DNA of 62,922 nt, filler included, from Folioceros fuciformis (Eukaryota), in assembly GCA_049999805.1 (NCBI GenBank). It is 3 parts of 3 records of this genome, joined end to end, with 100 filler letters (N's around TTAATTAATTAA, not from the genome) between each part and the next. Parts side by side here need not be neighbours in the genome. Positions count along the whole stretch, not along the records: positions 1 to 23,794 come from JBNGIO010005936.1; positions 23,895 to 48,666 come from JBNGIO010005937.1; 1 more part is not named here. One strand, given 5' to 3'. How positions within the stretch are numbered: position 1 is the first letter of the stretch; each line of letters starts with the position of its first letter. Shown here piece after piece: positions 12,031-24,921 of this stretch. The notes beneath the pieces are model-generated. The model made no database searches. It saw only the letters and a list, made by a program, of their open reading frames with translations, and was not told the origin of the DNA. The translations under genes and the position numbers were made by a program.

Positions 12031-12342
12031 ATGGCAGGTGCTAGTGGTCACGCATCGGGTTCGGTCCCGGAACATATACTGAAGAAACAACAATACTTTC
12101 AGAATACGCATCGTCTGACGCACTTGAAAGGCCCGTATGACAGAATCACATCTGTGGTCATCCCTGCAGCATTTGTGGCTGTCACCGGGGTGATGATCGT
12201 AAGTGGATGCAAAGTCTTGTTGAGATCCTTGCTAGTGCAGGTGCTATTGGGTAGGCCGTTGTGCTACACTGAACTCCACTATGTTTTTTCTCAGATTCGA
12301 GGTGTTTGGAATATGGCACACGGGGTCGGCAAGAAGGAGTAG
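12031..12342 (+). CDS. Plant cytochrome c oxidase subunit VIIa-like (COX-X4); exons 12031-12198 and 12295-12342
   Basis: KKQQYFQNTHRLTHLKGPYDRITSVVIPAAF..IRGVWNMAHGVGKKE matches the plant COX7a-type family; canonical GTAAGT..TCAG intron. Confidence 0.88.
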   Translation: MAGASGHASGSVPEHILKKQQYFQNTHRLTHLKGPYDRITSVVIPAAFVAVTGVMIVSGCKVLLRSLLVQVLLGRPLCYTELHYVFSQIRGVWNMAHGVGKKE

Positions 12343-13129
12343 GCAGCCAATCAGTGCAGCGATTACCTTGTAGTAGTAACCTTTACTGCCGTTGATTTGA
12401 GAACCTTTCTTTGAGCTCATTGTCTGCCGCATCTGTTTCGATGGTTCGTAAGCATGCCTCTAGTACGGTGAATCATACAGGAACTCAGTCAGGCTAACCT
12501 GGCTGAGAAGCTGTAAGAGTCTACGCACCTCGAGATTTGCTCGTCATGTAAGCTTGACGACTTACAGACGTATCATGCTTTTGCCACTGCGTTCCCGGGG
12601 CGGGCACGAAACCAAGAAAACCAAGTAAATACGTCAATGAAAGCTCTAGCAAGAACGTTGACAAGCGATTGGTTGCGTGACGTACACTGGAATGGCATCA
12701 GATTGCCATTGTCTCATAGAATTACAGTGCGGCATAGTCTCAAAAAACAAATTCCTCATTGAGGTAGGAGACTAAGTGTGCAGAACATTAATCAATGCTA
12801 GGTAGCTCTTCCAAAGCCTAATAGAGAAAAATGGTCCAGCTGCTATTGCCGAATGGGTACTCACGGCGCTAACTTCGTTCAATCGAGTACGTCAAACGAA
12901 GAGAACTGCAACACGCACACGGGGAACTGCAGGCAGATGAGTGTCTCTGTTCACAAACGTCGCTTGCGGATCGCTTACAGCAGGGTGTAGGAACCTCCAG
13001 TCTCGAGCTGATAGAAATGACTCCATTTATATGTCCCTAGGCCCTCGACATCACGATGCCAGGTTCTATAGCATATGGAGTTCCAGAATCTCCTGTACGA
13101 AGTGCTCATAGGTAGGATATTAAAAAATG

Positions 13130-16100
13130 TCATAATCCTCTCGCCACTTTGGCCTCCACTATTTTCCTTCGCTTCTGAGATCGCTTCTTCACAGCACGAC
13201 TCAACTTTCTCTTTGCTGCAGCCACGGGATTCTTCACAACTTGTATCTTCTCGGACTGTTTCCTCTCTGCTCTCCGACCCTGGACCTCCTCCCGGATCAC
13301 ATTATATGCAGACTCAAACTTATGAGCACCAATCGTGTCTCGCAGAAGAGAAGAAAGTTCCGCTGCTAGCGTCTGCAAATCATCGGTAACAGTCCTAGCA
13401 GTGTATCCTCCAGAAATCTTGTACAAGGGCCTTAGCATGCATGGTACATAGGCTTGGATCCTTTCGCCTAGCTGTGTCGTCATGGAACTGAACCACTGAA
13501 GGGCTGCTTTGGATTGCACTGGATGTATCCTCAAAGCGATTTTCTCAACCTTTGCAAAAATTAAATAGACAGCATCATCCCTACTTTCCGACTGTGATCC
13601 ATGCGCTTCACCAGCAGAAGCAGCGCCACGTGGTGCCTGTGTGGGATCACACTTACTTGCCACCCCGAGTTCATCACGGGCTGACAAGCTCAGTTCCTTT
13701 GGATCCTGCAAACTGCCTTTCATGCCCAACAACATTGAGTCGAACAGGCAAGTCACAAACAGCAAATTCTGAACAGCCAACTGATTTAGCTCAGCATCCA
13801 AGGACCCACAATCAAGCTGGTCAATGAATGCCGCGGCCAACTGGATCAATTTCCTTCGATAGACAAGGCACCCTTGCTTTTTAGTTGATACCTTTGTCTC
13901 CAGCTCGTTCCTGCTCAGCAATCCACAGGCCGCAAAGTACACCCCTACAAGACGCTCGCTAACCCTCCGAGGCCATGTGTGTTCATGGAGCAGAAATGAT
14001 GGAACAAGATCCCAGAATCCTTCCAAAACTTGTTTCAAGCAAAGATCTGGGTTCTTCTGTAACAGTTTTTCCATCATTAGCAATGAAAGATAGACTTCCT
14101 GCCAAAGAGTGGCCCTTTCATCTTCTGTGGGCTTCTGAACTGTTTTTGCATGCTTCAGAAACGAGACTACACAGTTAACTACAGTTTCAGTGTGCCTCCC
14201 CAACTTGCTGCCCATGACTTCAATTAAGTAACCTAGAACATGAGCGGAAGGACGCCACAGGCGAGGATTGGGGTTGCTGTACCAACCAATGGAGTAATCA
14301 CATATGCGGTCCAAAGTAGGCTGAGTAATACGGGAGAAAAGGCCTTTTAGAACAGTCGCCAACATTGCCCTCACATGACTTGCCTCCTCATTTGCAACCC
14401 GGGTCACCAATACCAAAAACATGCTCTCTGCCTGCTCCTCCACAAGGGCTTCAGGGAACTTGGATATCACGGCATGCAACATCTCCAAGGCTGATTCCCT
14501 CCCGGTAGTTTCCGAGTAGGAAGTATTTGTGAGAAAGAAGTCTAAGTGCTGCTGCAGCCGCTTGGAACCCAAAGGATAGTCCAGCATGAACTGCAACACA
14601 ACTTGATTTGCCTGCTTACGCACAGCTTCAACCTGGCTTCTGATCATTAGCTCCTCAACTTTGTGCACGATATCATAAAGCTCGGGAACTAAGACTTTCC
14701 TGGTTATCACTGCTTTAAGCAGATTCAAGGCTATTCCGCATGTATGTCCTTCCAGCTCATTGAAAATTGGGAACTCCAGAAGGGCATGCAACTGTTCTTC
14801 AGAAACTTCACCAACCTCAGGATGCCTGATGAGGGCAATCAGGAGATCAAAGCTCGCCTTCATGACCTCAGTTTCCGCAGTCCCACACTTCTGGGTTATA
14901 GACAGTACATCTGTGGTCAGTCTGTCCCCAATAGACCTGAGTGTTGCTAAAGGTAATTTGAGGAGATGCCGAAGGCACTTCAGTGCCAGAGAGACAATTG
15001 AATCATACTTGGAGGCAAGACATGTCTGCACAAGATCCACCAAGTGAGCTAACATGGACAAGACATCCTGATCTTCAGAAGTCACTTTGATGGTCTTGAG
15101 GTTGCGGTGCAACACATTAAGCGCAAACTCTTCAGTCATGTGAATATTTTGTCGAGAGTTAAGCATGGAGCTGTCCGAACTTTCTTGGATCCCGTGCAGA
15201 CCCTCCATCAACTGTTCGACGAATACAAGCAAGTGATTTTCAGTAGCACTAGGGTTACTCTGGATGCCAATAGCCAATGCCTTCAGCACCTGCTGAATCT
15301 TGCTCTTCTCCTTTGGCGTCATAGACCGATCCAGGCTATCAATAACAGGTTTCAGCAATGTCATGGCATTTGCTGGAAAGAAAACCGAGCTCGCCAGCAA
15401 TTGCATACTTTCAAGAGACTGCATGCGCCTTGTCTCCTTCATTTTCCTTGCTATCCCTTCTACATCCTTCTCTTCAGCAACCTCCCCAAGGAAGCCACTT
15501 AAGAGAATCTCCTGCAGCTTGCCGAGACAAGGGTCCACCTCTCCAACTTGGATCTCTGGGAGAAGCTTCAACAGAATACTGTTGACAGTAAATCCCAAAA
15601 CATGTAGCTCAAACCCCTTAGTCAGTGAGAGTTGCATGATGTTTACCACGAACTCCAAGTACTGTGCACCTAATGCTGTTGTGACAGCTATCAATGCTGC
15701 TCGGGCATCGTCCCTAATTCCTTGACGATGACTCTTCAGAAGATTTACTATGCTTTGGACAAGTGGAGGCAACTCAATTTTCATCACTTCCTCGGATAAA
15801 ACTTTCAGGATTTTCACAGCTGACACAGCTAGAGATGTATTTACATTATCCTTTTCTAGAGTCATCAGCTTACGAAGGTCAGGTAGAACCTTCGTTTGCA
15901 ATACCCTGCAAATATCAACTGGAAATAGGTGCCCTTCAGTATTATCAGCAGCCACCCCCAAGCCTTCATGATTTCCTCTCGAAAGATTCACAACGTTTGC
16001 AGCCACAAGCAAAGCCTCATTACCATCCCTTTCTGGCAGATCGCTCTGCACCATAGGAAAGTGAAACTCATCAAGTATAGAGCTGATCAGCCTTGCAACC

Positions 16101-19100
16101 GTCTTCTGGTGCTCAGGTCTTAACGAGACCAAACGAAAAGACTGCATAAGCAATCCAAAATAAGGTTGCCATTGGAGTTGAGCAGCAATGCATGCAATTG
16201 ATTCAATGGCAGCCCCAATAAGGTTTCCCTCCTTGTCCTTCTTGGCCTCAAACAGTAAACTCCTGAACAGAGGAGCAAACAACCTTACCAGTACACCCTC
16301 AGAAAGATTATGCCCAGCTAATGTAGCTCTAAACCTTGCCATCGCCCTGATTTTCCTGTGCACCTGCAGATGGACAATATTGTAGAAGAAGTCCACTTCC
16401 AAATCTTCACTTGTTAGAGGTCGACATTCATAGAGCGAGGGAATACTGGGAAACCTAAGAATCATTTCCCTAAGAAGAGAAACCCACTCATCTCGGGCTG
16501 TAGCCACATCTGAGTTCATGGCATTCCTAGTCTGGGGAAGAAGAAAGGACCGAACCAATGATTTTGTTGGTTGCTCTTCTACAGCATCCACGCCATCAAA
16601 AACCACTGACTCTCCGTCATTCAACACAGCGCGCTTCTCATCAACTTCCGAGCATTCTCCTTGCTCAGGCAGAGAAGCTGCAAACTTGATAAATACGTTA
16701 ACACAATCTTTGGAACTGAGCCTTAAGGACCTGTCGTCTGATGCAATATCCCGGACGGCAATTGATAGGATCAAAAGAGCTCCTGACCAAGTCATTTGAG
16801 AAAATGCAGCTTCATTCAATGCTTCATATGCATTTAGTCTGCGTTCATAATCCACTTCTTCTAGTCCACGTGGAGACATAGACATAAGGTCACCTAACAG
16901 CATCACCGCTGGGGTCAAAGAGGGGAGAACAACAGCTAATCTTTGGAAGATCTCACAGACAACACTTTGCACATCCTTTCGAGATTCTGAGGTTAGCAAA
17001 GGCGCCAAAGCCAGCAGACACTTACTAGCAGTCCTGACATCAACACAATTTGCCAATCCACGGATTACACAGAGCACCTCCCAAAACTCGTCATCCTGCA
17101 ATCTCTTCCTTCTCTTCAAAACAAAGAGAAGCACAGACATTAAACTAGTGGCTTCTGTTGCATCCTTGATGAACATACTCAAGCGGGTCAGGATCTTCAG
17201 CACACGGCGGAGGACTGCACCTGACCTTGGTCTGTTTGTATATTCTGAATGACTAAGGAGCACGTCTTGCAGTCCACGTAAACTTTGATTAAGGAATGGA
17301 AGGAGAATCAGGTGCACAGGCTGCGACTCTTCTTCCCCCATAGAATCACTCTCAAGGTTGAGTATGTTCTCAATAAAGCACAAAACAAACGCAACTGACG
17401 TCCCTGAAGTTCCCTTGCATGACAGCATGGAAAGAATGTTACGAAGGATATTTCTATCTTTCACAAGCAGTGGAGCCAAGTCCATCCTCCTGCTCATTGC
17501 CAGGAAGCACTCACAGAGTGCAACGGGGAGCACTACAGTTTGCTCCTTCTGAAACATACCCAAAGAGACCTCCGGTAATGAGAAAAATATATCCCAGAAA
17601 ATGTCGGGAAGAACCAGGTCTTCAAATTTGGTCAACACAGTGGCCACAATGGAGAAGCAGCTTAACCGAATGTCTTTCTCTGAGCTACTGGCCGTACATC
17701 TGCGCTTGGCAGGGTGCCCACCATCCTCTTCTAGACGTCCATGAATGCAAGAATTTTCCTTACGTTTACGAGTCCCAGTATCAAGACTATCTTGACCCCC
17801 ACCAGCATCTTGCGGCTTACACTCAGAAGCTTCAGCCTCCATATTCTCCTGTTGACATATGTTAACCAAGGAGCAAGGTGACTGCTTCACACTGCTGTCA
17901 CTGTCTTCCGGCCCAGTACGTTCAACGGGTTCGGTGTCCATGTCTCCAATCTTGCTCGGCAACTCATTAACCTCTGTTCCCTGGCTCACAGCTGCAGCCA
18001 TAAACTTGAAGACGAGGGCAAGGAGAGGTCGAAGATATGCACCCAGGCGAACTCTATCAAATATGCCGAGGAGATCCTGGAACATGTACAGGAATCCAAT
18101 TTTTTTCTTGTATGGCAACCTGGCCACTTCATCCTCACTGATATGTGCAATATATTCAGTGACAGTACCATGTTCCAAAGAAGTTTCCCAATCAAACCTA
18201 GAGTCTTCTCCAACAGCAAAAATAAGTTGTAAGGGCCTTAGAATTTGGCAGAAAAAGGGACAGAGCTCCTGTGAATCCAAGTGCAGTAAATATCCAAGAA
18301 CAGCACTCCTCTGTACACCTGCTACTGCCTTCCCTGAGATTTTGCCATTGCGTTTCATTATCTTGGGAAACAGAATTTGCAATAGAACTGGAATAAGCCC
18401 GGTTCTATGTTCCTCAAGAACCTGCCCACCATCCCTTGAAACATTCCAGGTTGTTAGCTCCTCACGAAGGGTCCGATAGGATATTAGGTTGAAAAGATGA
18501 TCACGATATGATGTTAAATAGCTGTCCTTCCAATTTAGCAGGCATTCCAATACCAACTGCTGTATTGCTGAGTCTCTGTCCATTAGCAACTGCTTGAGAA
18601 GGACAGTCTTAAGATCAGGACCTCTATAGAGTGATCTCGCATTTCTGCACTCCTTTAAAAGAACTAACCACTCTCTTAAAACATTCTTCCAGTCCTTCCC
18701 TCCTGTAGTCTTGAAAGATTCACCATCGTTGTCAACGTCCTCCCTATGTCCAACAAACCCTAGAAATAGAGGGACAAGCACACGAGAATGCCTTTCAGCA
18801 ATTGCAGGGATCTTCTGCAGTGTTTGGATCATTACGCACAACAGACTTCCGTCAGCAGTGCGTTCTGCACGACTGGAGACATAAGCATCAAAGTTGGACC
18901 ATACATCCTCAACAAGGCTCTCATGGGAATCTGTTACATCACTGTACTTGGGTTGCAGCAAAAATGACTGTTGCGTTTCACGGAGGTGCTGAATAAACAC
19001 ATCCCACACAACAGTGCTATACGCCTCAATCAGACTTGCCAGGCAGAGTGAAGCTGCATCCCATAGTGGCAGAAACCTGTTCTGCATCAATCCAATCATT

Positions 19101-21771
19101 GCATGTGCCAGGGGACGAACATAAGGAAGAGGTACTTGTCCAGAGCAGATGTCCACTCGAATGTGGGAGAGTGTGAGAACAATTTGGCGAGAATTCTCCA
19201 CAGACGTAGGGGCAGACTCCACTGACAATAGTCGATGAAAAACCTGACAGCACAGCTTCGAGACATTTTGAGAGACCTCTTTCAATGCCTCACCCGCCCT
19301 TTTATCACTACCCTGGTCTGCTGGCAGGTCAAGCTGTTCAAAATAGGTTAACAATTGCAATGTTGAAACTCGGAGAGCCTTTTCTGGAGAGCTCAAATTG
19401 ACGTGCAAGGCCTCAAGAGCACCTACTGTGGCAGCTGCTCCTAGAGCTGCAGGGTATACTGTGGAGACCTCTCCCTGCTCCTTTGACGCACGAAGGAAAT
19501 CCACAACGGCCATGAGTACATGAGGAGAATCAAGATGGCTCCTTGCAAGATCAAGAAAATGGCTCAAGAGGGATGCACAAGTTGCAGCAGACGCCCCTTC
19601 CAATAGCTTCACATGTGCACAGAGAGCTGCACCTAGCAAAGCCTTCTGGAGCCTGAGATCAACTGTTTCTACACTAGCAAATTTTACGACCTGCTGCTGA
19701 ATTGCAGCATACTCCCAGGCCAAATCTCCATGTTCCTCCCCATGGGCAAACGCATGTGGAAAGCATTCGAACCCAGCCCACAGTAAAGCTGGATCTGTCA
19801 AGGATGCATCCTCCTGACAATCTCCTTGTTCGACTTGACTCTTAAGTTGCATGACAGCTGTTCCAATGAGTTCTACAAGGTATGACTTGATTCGCTTGGT
19901 GTCAGCTGGATACTGTTGCAGGGTGGGGCGAGAATGCCAGCCCAGCTCCTTACACACATCAACCACAAGCGGTAGCACTTGTACAGGATGCATGTCCACA
20001 AAACGATCCAGGAAACCTAATAACCAAGATGCAAAGGTTGAAACGTGAGGCAACCCCAGAGTAACAAATCCTCGAATAAACGGTATCAGCCTGCACAGTG
20101 GAACCAACATATGCAATTTAGGGGCTCATCTCACACAGGAGAGGCTAGATGTAAATCCACATGACGAAGTACCACAACGAACCCTTACTGATAGACGTTG
20201 TCACTCCCAAATGCACCGGCCCAAGAAGGAGCAACTGCAACTATATGAGCTGGGTCTCTCTCAGAATTCCCAGGTTGTGAATGACTCCTTACAAGAGCCA
20301 ACACAAAGCGCAGAATCTCCATTGGCAAACCTGACTGAGACATTTGATGAAGTTTTGCAAGTGAAAGAGGACCTGCAAACGAAACCGTACGAGCAATCCT
20401 CTTCGGGTAGGTAACATTTAGCTGAAGGAGTCTAGGGACAAGGGCAATAAGTGGCTTATAGTCTGTTACACATTGTCCTCGCTTGAATTCCACAATATTG
20501 GCCAGCAAGGCTAGAAGCAATGTCAAGTAAAGATTGTTATCAGGGTCCCCAGTCACGTGCTCCGTCTCCTTGCCCTGCTCCCTGAGTGGAACAGCGTCAA
20601 TCTCGGAATCAGTGACATTAACGGGCTCATCTTCGTGTGCTGTGATGCACGTGGGGCTGGAGGAACATAGTGGAGCTCCAGGTAGCTTAATGTGACGTAC
20701 GTCAATGTCAGAGATGATTGACAAGTGCTTCAGTATCTGCTCGGCCACAAAACTCCAGAGCAGCTCAAGCCTGTTGCGGTCAATGTCTTCAAGAAGATGA
20801 CGGAACACCCCCCAGATGGCCTTCAGCAAGGCCTTGCTTCCTGTCTTCCTCTGAAGGAATGGACTCACCATAGAAGCATCCAGCATACAGACGAGGACTC
20901 GCTTGGCCCTGGAATGTAGAGTTGCGGACCCCTTCATGGCGAAGCTCAACAGCCAACTGGACGCTGTGATTGACCCATCCGACCTATCATGCACCACCTC
21001 AGTAAAGATACTTCGGATTCCTTTCCTCAGCTGTTTCAGAGAGCAGCTCCGAAACAAGTATCCAACAGCTTCAGCAGAGAACTCTTGAACACGAGATTCA
21101 GCATAAAGCCTAAGAGGTCGAGAAACTGTCAAAACCAACGGTATATCCTTCTTCAATGCCTCTGATGTATACTTGAATATCGAGGCCACCGATTTAAACA
21201 CCTGCCCTAACATAGCGGGGTCCCGAACTCCTCCTGCCTGAAGCAAATCCACATACACTTGCAGTAGAGGCTGCAAGAATGGCAGGAACTCAGCCCCCAA
21301 ATCGCGAGCCAAGTCCGAAACCAGACTTAAGATAGGCTCCAGAGACAGGTTTGCATCGATTGTAATATGAGCAGTCAGGACCTGGACAATCTTGTCCTTA
21401 TGAAGAAGCAATTGCGGAAGTGTCTGTACGATGGGGAAAAGCTGTTGATACACCGAATTGAAATCCGCAGCGGCATTCAGCTCCTTCCATGCTATCAAAC
21501 TTTCATGGAAGAATGACGACCCCTGCGAAGGCTGAAACTTGACAGGAGCAAGACTTCGAAAAACATCGATTTCTAGCTCATCCACCAGCTCCGCAGCACT
21601 TTTGAACTGCAAAAAGACCATTGCAAGACAATGTGAGATGTGATTCCCAGCGACACATCCAAGGCAAAAACATTCAGAGGACCAAGAAAAAAGAACCATA
21701 CGTACCACAAAACGCTTGGACCCAGGTCCCTTGTTAAGGCTCTTGAGCGGTTGCCCCGGCCCACGCCCCAT
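13130..21771 (-). CDS. UTP20: Small subunit processome component 20 (UTP20/DRIM); exons 21771-21706, 21606-20189, 20090-13130
   Basis: N-terminus KSLNKGPGSKRFV|FKS..SSFFHESLIAWKELNAAADF; HEAT-like helical body; EVDFFYNIVHLQVHRKIRAM; LTKGFELHVLGFTVN; FMLDYPLGSKRLQQHLDFFLTN; basic C-terminus. About 2800 aa. Confidence 0.95.
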
Positions 21772-22235
21772 GATTCGACGACGGTCGTGAGGTCGACAAA
21801 TCGAAAATTTCAGAGTCACACCCAACACTTCAAATACTTGTGCACAGAATGAGGTTCATCCTCAAAAGCTGTTCCCGCATGCACCGACTCGAAGGGCGCC
21901 GGAATTCATTATCACAACCCTATGAGCTGCTGCAGTTGGGTAATGCGTAGTTGAACGAATTGAGAGCTCCCGTTACCCTGCAAAATACATGTCATGAGGT
22001 TGGCAACAGCATACTCCTCTGAAGGAGCTTCAACCCACATGAGCTGCAGTCGGATGTTATATTTACCCCTTCTGTACACGGAACTGTGATACTTTTCTTT
22101 TTTGCCATTGTTAACGGGTCATACATGCATATGTAGCCGGACATCGTCTCGGGCAGTTTACTATTCAGAAAATGTTCTCCTGAAAAGATCTCTATATAGA
22201 GAACATACACGTTCTTCCTATCTAGGTTTAAGATT

Positions 22236-22366
22236 TAGGGTTTAAGGGCCGTTAGGGTGATGGCACAACTGTAGCCCTCGGGCGCCACGCAGGCGGTGGA
22301 GCTGGCAGTTAGGTACGTGCGAGAGCGTGCAAAGCGAAGAGCGCGGTTGTCCTATAATTAGGCCCA
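22236..22366 (-). promoter_or_regulatory. Telo-box (AAACCCTA) and site II (TGGGCC) elements upstream of UTP20
   Basis: TAGGGTTT at 22236-22243 among degenerate TTAGGG-like copies, and GGCCCA at 22361-22366. This combination is typical of plant ribosome-biogenesis promoters. Confidence 0.5.
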
Positions 22367-23511
22367 CTTGGCTACCTCATCGTCAGTTCTTGGTCTGTGT
22401 TTCTTGCTCCACCTTCTGCATCTTCGTCTTGATCTTGCGCTCCTCGCCATCGCACTGCGGTGCCTCGTTGTGTCGCTCATCTTGAGCTCTGATATGCGGT
22501 CATTAGCGGCGGCGCGTCGTCTGCGCGATCTTTTGCGTAGGAGGTCTCCTGACTGGGCTTGAAATTGGCATGGGAAGAGGTTGTCGTCCTTCTCTCAAGC
22601 CTGTTCAGGTCCAATTGGGAATCCTCCTGCAACTTTCGGATCTGGCTGTGCCAATTCAAGGTGCAGATAGTGTGCTCGTTGCAGAATCTGCTGTCCAATA
22701 ACTCTACGTCAAGATTCGGACCGTTTGAGCTGCGCGAAGTTTCCAATTGGAGATCCAAGATCGTTGTGCTGCCTGTTACCTTTCACTGCGCTTGTTTGCC
22801 TATGTCCTCTTCGAAGTTGTTTCGATGGTTAGCTCGTACTCATGGTACTGGCGCTTGTGGAGACATTTAGATGTTGTTGCTACCTGGGTCTAACTCTACG
22901 CTGTACTGTATATGGTTGTAGCTAAGGATACGCTGCGTTACTCGCAGCTTACTGGCGGTGCCAATCATGAGTCACCACACCAGATCCTCATACCTCGCAC
23001 TTCGTCGGTGTAGCTCTTTCAATTAGAATTTCCGGCGACTTATTACCGACATTGTGCTAGACTGCGCTTTGATTTTCTTTCTTCCGTCGTCGTAAGCAAA
23101 GGGATCTACTTGTGGGTAGTGAGTGGAGAATGTGAATGCCTCTTTGCTCCCTGAAATTTCTGAGTGTTGTCACCTTCTGTCCGCAATTATGTCTGATTTT
23201 GCAAGACTCTGATGCGATGAGATAATAATCTGCAGTTTTGTCCTCTACGTCTGTGTACTGCAAATGGTAAGCATGGAAGTTCATGAAGTGCACGTCAAAA
23301 CCTGCAGTCAGGACGAAGTAGTTTTCTCTAAGAATGAGACGACGCGACGTACTGCTACCACTTGCTCCATAATTACTGCCCAACTATTCACGATTGGGAC
23401 GGGATGATATCAGATCAGAGATTATTATACTATAATTCCTAAGATGAGAGACCAGGCCATAGCTCTATATGTACTGTAGTTGCTAAGGCCATAGCTCCAG
23501 ACCAGCTAAAA

Positions 23512-23646
23512 GGAGACTACCCCAACCGTGGGAGACTACCCCAACCGTGTGGCATGGGTTGGTGTATCTCCGAGAGGCCTGAAAATCCTAAACCTGACTT
23601 CTGTCTACGAATGTCAACAATCTTCAGCTGGTAAGCTATATAAATA
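23512..23646 (+). promoter_or_regulatory. RPS16 proximal promoter: direct repeat and TATA box
   Basis: GGAGACTACCCAACCGTG twice at 23512-23548; TATATAAATA at 23637-23646, about 40 nt before the ATG. Confidence 0.45.
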
Positions 23647-23684
23647 GGCTCCATGGGGACGAGACCCACCTGTCACACGCAGCA

Positions 23685-23794
23685 ATGGCAGTGCCACCAG
23701 CTCCCGTGGGCTCTGTGCAATGCTTCGGGCGGAAGAAAACGGCTGTGGCTGTCACCCACTGCAAGCGGGGTCGAGGTCTGATCAAAATCAATGG
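23685..23794 (+). CDS. RPS16: 40S ribosomal protein S16 (uS9), 5' fragment truncated by a contig end
   Basis: Not in the ORF track. Translates [37 protein letters not shown], the conserved eukaryotic uS9 N-terminus. Confidence 0.92.
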
Positions 23795-23894
23795 NNNNNN
23801 NNNNNNNNNNNNNNNNNNNNNNNNNNNNNNNNNNNNNNTTAATTAATTAANNNNNNNNNNNNNNNNNNNNNNNNNNNNNNNNNNNNNNNNNNNN
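23795..23894. other. Artificial contig linker N44-TTAATTAATTAA-N44
   Basis: Palindromic six-frame-stop 12-mer centred in 100 nt; an identical structure occurs at 48667-48766. Confidence 0.95.
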
Positions 23895-23985
23895 CTGCCA
23901 CGCCTCCTGCTCGGCTGATGCAGCTTCGTCTCCGGGCTGCGTAAGGATTCAGGTTCGATCGCTGCTGTTGCATTTGGGTGGCGGG

Positions 23986-24921
23986 ATGACTGCGGGGGCG
24001 AAGCAGTCGGGGGTGGTGAGTGTGGATTCAGGGCATCAAGACGTGGTGCACGATGTGGCTCTGGACTACTTCGGGAAGCGCATGGCATCGTGCTCCTCAG
24101 ACCGCACCATCAAGATCTTCAGTCTGGGCGCCGGCAGTGAGCCTCCGGTTCTGCTCACCACTCTCACGGGCCACGAAGGCCCTGTTTGGGAGGTGGTTTG
24201 GGCGAACCCTAAGTATGGAAACATCCTTGCCTCCTGCTCTTACGATAACAAGGTGATCCTGTGGAAGGAGGGAGCTGAGAATGAGTGGTCACAGTGGTAT
24301 GTGTTCCAGGAGCATTCCTCCTCGGTGAATAGCATCAGCTGGGGGCCACATGAGTTTGGCTTGTCTCTGGCGTGCGGATCTTCGGATGGCACTATATCCG
24401 TGCTTACGCACAAGGCGGACTTGCAGTGGGAGAGAACCAAGATCGAGCAGGCTCACACCTTTGGAGTTACGTCTGTCTCCTGGGCTCCGGCCACAGCGCC
24501 GGGCTCACTAGTGGGTGGGGACAACACTGGCCCGGTGAAGAAGCTTGTGTCAGGGGGCTGTGACAACACTGTGAAGGTCTGGAAGTTTTCGGACGGGGGT
24601 TGGAAGCTGGACTGTTTTCCGCCTCTTGCCGACCACACGGATTGGGTACGGGATGTTGCCTGGGCTCCCAATCTAGGGTTGCCCAAGTCTACCATCGCCA
24701 GTGCTTCGCAGGACGGCACCGTCATCATCTGGACGCAGGCCAAGGAAGGAAACCAGTGGGAAGGGCATGTGCTGCATGACTTTAAGACGCCAACTTGGAG
24801 AGTTAGCTGGTCATTGACGGGGAATATCTTAGCTGTGTCTGACGCTAACAATGATGTGACCTTGTGGAAGGAAGCTGTAGATGGGCAGTGGAGCCAGGTG
24901 TCGACCGTGCCGAAGAGCTAA
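23986..24921 (+). CDS. SEC13: Protein transport protein SEC13 (WD40; COPII/nuclear pore), intronless CDS
   Basis: GHQDVVHDVALDYFGKRMASCSSD, GHEGPVWEVVWANPKYGNILASCSYD, HTDWVRDVAWAPNLGLPKSTIASASQDG, WRVSWSLTGNILAVS. Confidence 0.97.
   Translation: MTAGAKQSGVVSVDSGHQDVVHDVALDYFGKRMASCSSDRTIKIFSLGAGSEPPVLLTTLTGHEGPVWEVVWANPKYGNILASCSYDNKVILWKEGAENEWSQWYVFQEHSSSVNSISWGPHEFGLSLACGSSDGTISVLTHKADLQWERTKIEQAHTFGVTSVSWAPATAPGSLVGGDNTGPVKKLVSGGCDNTVKVWKFSDGGWKLDCFPPLADHTDWVRDVAWAPNLGLPKSTIASASQDGTVIIWTQAKEGNQWEGHVLHDFKTPTWRVSWSLTGNILAVSDANNDVTLWKEAVDGQWSQVSTVPKS

Noticed and set aside
22222-22258. Interstitial telomere array
   Set aside because: Only one or two good TTTAGGG units; better explained as a promoter telo-box.
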